Source: Candidatus Aminicenantes bacterium (GTDB lineage Bacteria > Acidobacteriota > Aminicenantia > Aminicenantales > Saccharicenantaceae). From it: a DNA stretch of 59,843 bases. The stretch covers positions 1 to 59,843 of the forward strand of contig VGJC01000002.1 of the NCBI GenBank assembly GCA_016867635.1, given 5' to 3'. The notes under the pieces are model-generated. The model worked only from the letters and a program-made list of their open reading frames with translations. It had not been told where the DNA came from and searched no databases. Within the stretch, counting starts at the first letter, position 1. Each line of letters opens with the position of its first letter. Of this stretch, positions 57,523 to 59,843 are shown in pieces. The translations under genes were made by a program, and so were the position numbers.

Positions 57523-59295
57523 ATGCGACTTGTCTTGATCGACTGGGTCATCATCGTCGTTTCCGTTTCCATCTGCTTCGTGCCCGCGCTCCTCTTCAGC
57601 CGGAGGGCCGGGAAGAACACGACCGAGTTCTTCACCTCGGGCCGGGCCGCGCCGTGGTGGCTGGTCGGCGTCTCCATGGTCGCCACGACCTTCAGCACCG
57701 ACACGCCGAACCTGGTGACCAACATCGTCCGGACCCAGGGCGTCGCGGGCAACTGGGTCTGGTGGGCGTTCCTGCTGACCGGGATGATGACCGTCTTCTT
57801 CTACGCCCGGATGTGGCGGCGGTCGGGGGTCTTGACCGACCTCGAGTTCTACGAGATCCGTTACTCGGGGAAGCCGGCCAGCTTCGTCCGCGGCTTCCGG
57901 GCCGTCTACCTGGGCCTCTTTTTCAACTGCGTCATCATGGCCACCGTCAACCTGGCCGCGGTCAAGATCGCCAACGTCCTGCTGGGCTGGCCGATGACCA
58001 AGACCCTGCTCATCTGCGCGGCCATCAACATCTTCTTCGCCGTCTCGTCCGGCCTGTGGGGCGTCCTGGTCATCGACGTCATCCAGTTCGGCATCGCCAT
58101 GACCGGGGCCTTTTCGGCGGCCTACTTCGCCGTCAAACAGCCCCAGGTCGGGGGCCTCTCGGGCCTGTTCGAGAAGCTCGACCCGAAAACCCTCAGCATC
58201 CTGCCCGACTTCGGCGACTGGGGCCTGGCCTTGTCCATCTTCATCATCCCCATCGCCGTCCAGTGGTGGTCGGTCTGGTACCCGGGCGCCGAGCCCGGCG
58301 GGGGCAGCTACATCGCCCAGCGCATGCTGGCCGCCAAGTCGGAAAAGGACGCCCTCGGCGGGACCCTCCTGTTCAACGCCATGCACTACGCCCTGAGGCC
58401 CTGGCCCTGGATCCTGGTCGGGCTCTGCTCGCTCATCGTCTATCCCGAGCTCTCCGACATCCGGGCGGCCTTCCCCGGCGTCGACCCCAAGCTCGTCGGG
58501 CCCGACATGGCCTACCCGGCCATGCTCCGCTTCCTCCCGGCCGGCCTGCTGGGACTGATGGTCGCCGGGCTCCTGGCGGCCTACGTTTCGACCCTCATCA
58601 CCCATCTCAACTGGGGCAGCTCCTACATCGTCCACGACTTCTACCGTCGCTTCATCAAGAAGAACGCCCCCGAGAAGCACTATGTCCTGGCCGGCAGGAT
58701 CATGACCGCCCTGCTGATGGTCCTGGCCGCCCTCCTGACCTACGTCCTGGACACGGCCAAGACGAGCTTCGACCTGATGCTTTCGGTCGGGGCCGGAACG
58801 GGGCTCATCTATCTCCTGCGCTGGTTCTGGTGGCGGATCAACGCTTGGAGCGAGATCGCGGCCATGACCAGCTCCTTCCTGATGGCCATTTTCTTTTTCA
58901 CCCTGGGGAGAACGGGACACCCGGTGCCCACGCACATCGCCCTTGTCCTGACCATCGCCGTGACGACGGTCGTCTGGCTGACGGTGACCTTCCTGACCAA
59001 GCCCGCGGACCGGACGACACTGGTCAGCTTCTACAAGCTGGTGAGGCCGGGCGGCCGGGGCTGGGAGCCGGTGCGGGCCGAGGCCGGCGTCGGGGCCACG
59101 CCCGACAGCCTGCCGAACGCCCTGCTGTGCTGGGTGACGGGCATCGCGTTCGTCTATTCGGCCTTGTTCGGCGCCGGGAGCTTCATCTACGGCAAGACGA
59201 CGCTCGGGCTGGTCTGGGCGACGATCTTCGTCGCCAGCGGGCTCGGCCTGGTCAAGCTCCTGCCCAAGCTCTGGGTCAAGGAAGAGAAGGTCTGA
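57523..59295 (+). CDS. Sodium:solute symporter (SSS) family transporter
   Basis: 590-aa polytopic protein. N-terminal ...EFFTSGRAAPWWLVGVSMVATTFSTDTP... is SSS-like. Confidence 0.85.
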   Translation: MRLVLIDWVIIVVSVSICFVPALLFSRRAGKNTTEFFTSGRAAPWWLVGVSMVATTFSTDTPNLVTNIVRTQGVAGNWVWWAFLLTGMMTVFFYARMWRRSGVLTDLEFYEIRYSGKPASFVRGFRAVYLGLFFNCVIMATVNLAAVKIANVLLGWPMTKTLLICAAINIFFAVSSGLWGVLVIDVIQFGIAMTGAFSAAYFAVKQPQVGGLSGLFEKLDPKTLSILPDFGDWGLALSIFIIPIAVQWWSVWYPGAEPGGGSYIAQRMLAAKSEKDALGGTLLFNAMHYALRPWPWILVGLCSLIVYPELSDIRAAFPGVDPKLVGPDMAYPAMLRFLPAGLLGLMVAGLLAAYVSTLITHLNWGSSYIVHDFYRRFIKKNAPEKHYVLAGRIMTALLMVLAALLTYVLDTAKTSFDLMLSVGAGTGLIYLLRWFWWRINAWSEIAAMTSSFLMAIFFFTLGRTGHPVPTHIALVLTIAVTTVVWLTVTFLTKPADRTTLVSFYKLVRPGGRGWEPVRAEAGVGATPDSLPNALLCWVTGIAFVYSALFGAGSFIYGKTTLGLVWATIFVASGLGLVKLLPKLWVKEEKV

Positions 59296-59296
59296 G

Positions 59297-59843
59297 ATGA
59301 AAGGCAGGTCTGTGAGATCGGCAGCCGCTCGTTCGCGCTTCGCCCCCGTCACCTTGATGCTGGCCATGGTCCTTTGGCCGGCTCTCGCCGGGCAGGAGAT
59401 CCTGGTCATCTCGTCCGTCGGCAGCGTCATCTCCCGGGACGCCGTCCGCCCCGGCGAGACCTTCAAGGCCGCCGTCATCCTCGAGATCAAGAAAGGGTAT
59501 CACATCAACGACAGCGCCCCTCTGGACGAGTTCCTGTACCCGACGTCCCTGGCTTTCGAGGGCTCGGCCGGCATCGAGGTCCTCGAGGTCGTCTATCCGG
59601 CCGGCCGACGGGCCAAGTATGATTATTCGGATGTCGAGGTGGCCGTCTACGAGGGCCGGGTCGTCCTCGGAGCGCTGCTCAAAGCCGCGGAGGGCTTGAC
59701 CCCGGGAACGGTCAAGCTCGAGGGCACCCTGAGTTACCAGGCCTGTGACGACGCGACCTGCCTGCCGCCCGCGGAGATCGGCTTCGAACTTGTGGTTCCC
59801 ATCGCGCCGGCCTCGCGGAAGACCGTCGAACTCCATCCCGAGA
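59297..59843 (+). CDS. Exported protein with DsbD N-terminal-like (thiol:disulfide interchange) domain; 3' end cut by window edge
   Basis: Not in the ORF track because there is no stop in the window. My translation from ATG 59297 is MKGRSVRSAAARSRFAPVTLMLAMVLWPALAGQ... ...GYHINDSAP... ...LSYQACDDATCLPP..., matching the hallmark Cys pair context of DsbD-alpha-type domains. Confidence 0.65.
   Translation, partial: MKGRSVRSAAARSRFAPVTLMLAMVLWPALAGQEILVISSVGSVISRDAVRPGETFKAAVILEIKKGYHINDSAPLDEFLYPTSLAFEGSAGIEVLEVVYPAGRRAKYDYSDVEVAVYEGRVVLGALLKAAEGLTPGTVKLEGTLSYQACDDATCLPPAEIGFELVVPIAPASRKTVELHPE

Overview
GC-rich bacterial chromosomal segment. The MreBCD/PBP2/RodA, Lgt/LspA, ExbD and beta-barrel outer-membrane genes point to a diderm. 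An Acidobacteriota/Aminicenantes-like origin is only a guess. The window is almost fully coding and is dominated by housekeeping operons. These are infB(5' partial)-DUF503-rbfA-nrnA-truB and two DUF507 genes; mreB-mreC-mreD-mrdA-rodA plus a fused radical SAM gene; an OPT transporter; def-fmt; acnB and mdh; a stand-alone EF-G paralogue; ileS-lspA-lgt-rluD; nadC-nadB; and tldD-pmbA. The last ~9.5 kb is a sugar-catabolism island: eda, kdgK, fbp, a DUF4861-like gene, a ROK-like kinase, a PIG-L deacetylase, nagB and an SSS transporter. I found no rRNA, tRNA, CRISPR array, transposase, integrase or recognisable defence genes. The many long alternative-frame and antisense ORFs in the track are typical high-GC shadow ORFs. 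The least ordinary signals are non-coding: (1) a 256-bp element with 21-bp perfect terminal inverted repeats that folds into one long hairpin and sits exactly between two convergent stop codons (48039-48294); (2) a family of 29-nt palindromes sharing the GGGGACA(C/T)GTAC arm, with three clustered copies between nadB and ileS and an identical fourth copy upstream of nadC, so that they bracket nadBC. Secondary points are an uncharacterised radical SAM fusion translationally coupled to the elongasome operon, an amino-sugar/KDG island that uses a PIG-L deacetylase where NagA is expected, a PKD-repeat protein with a C-terminal beta-barrel, and a 75-nt in-frame tandem repeat in infB. I see no convincing evidence of a new multi-gene system. 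All family assignments come from motif recognition by eye and need database confirmation.
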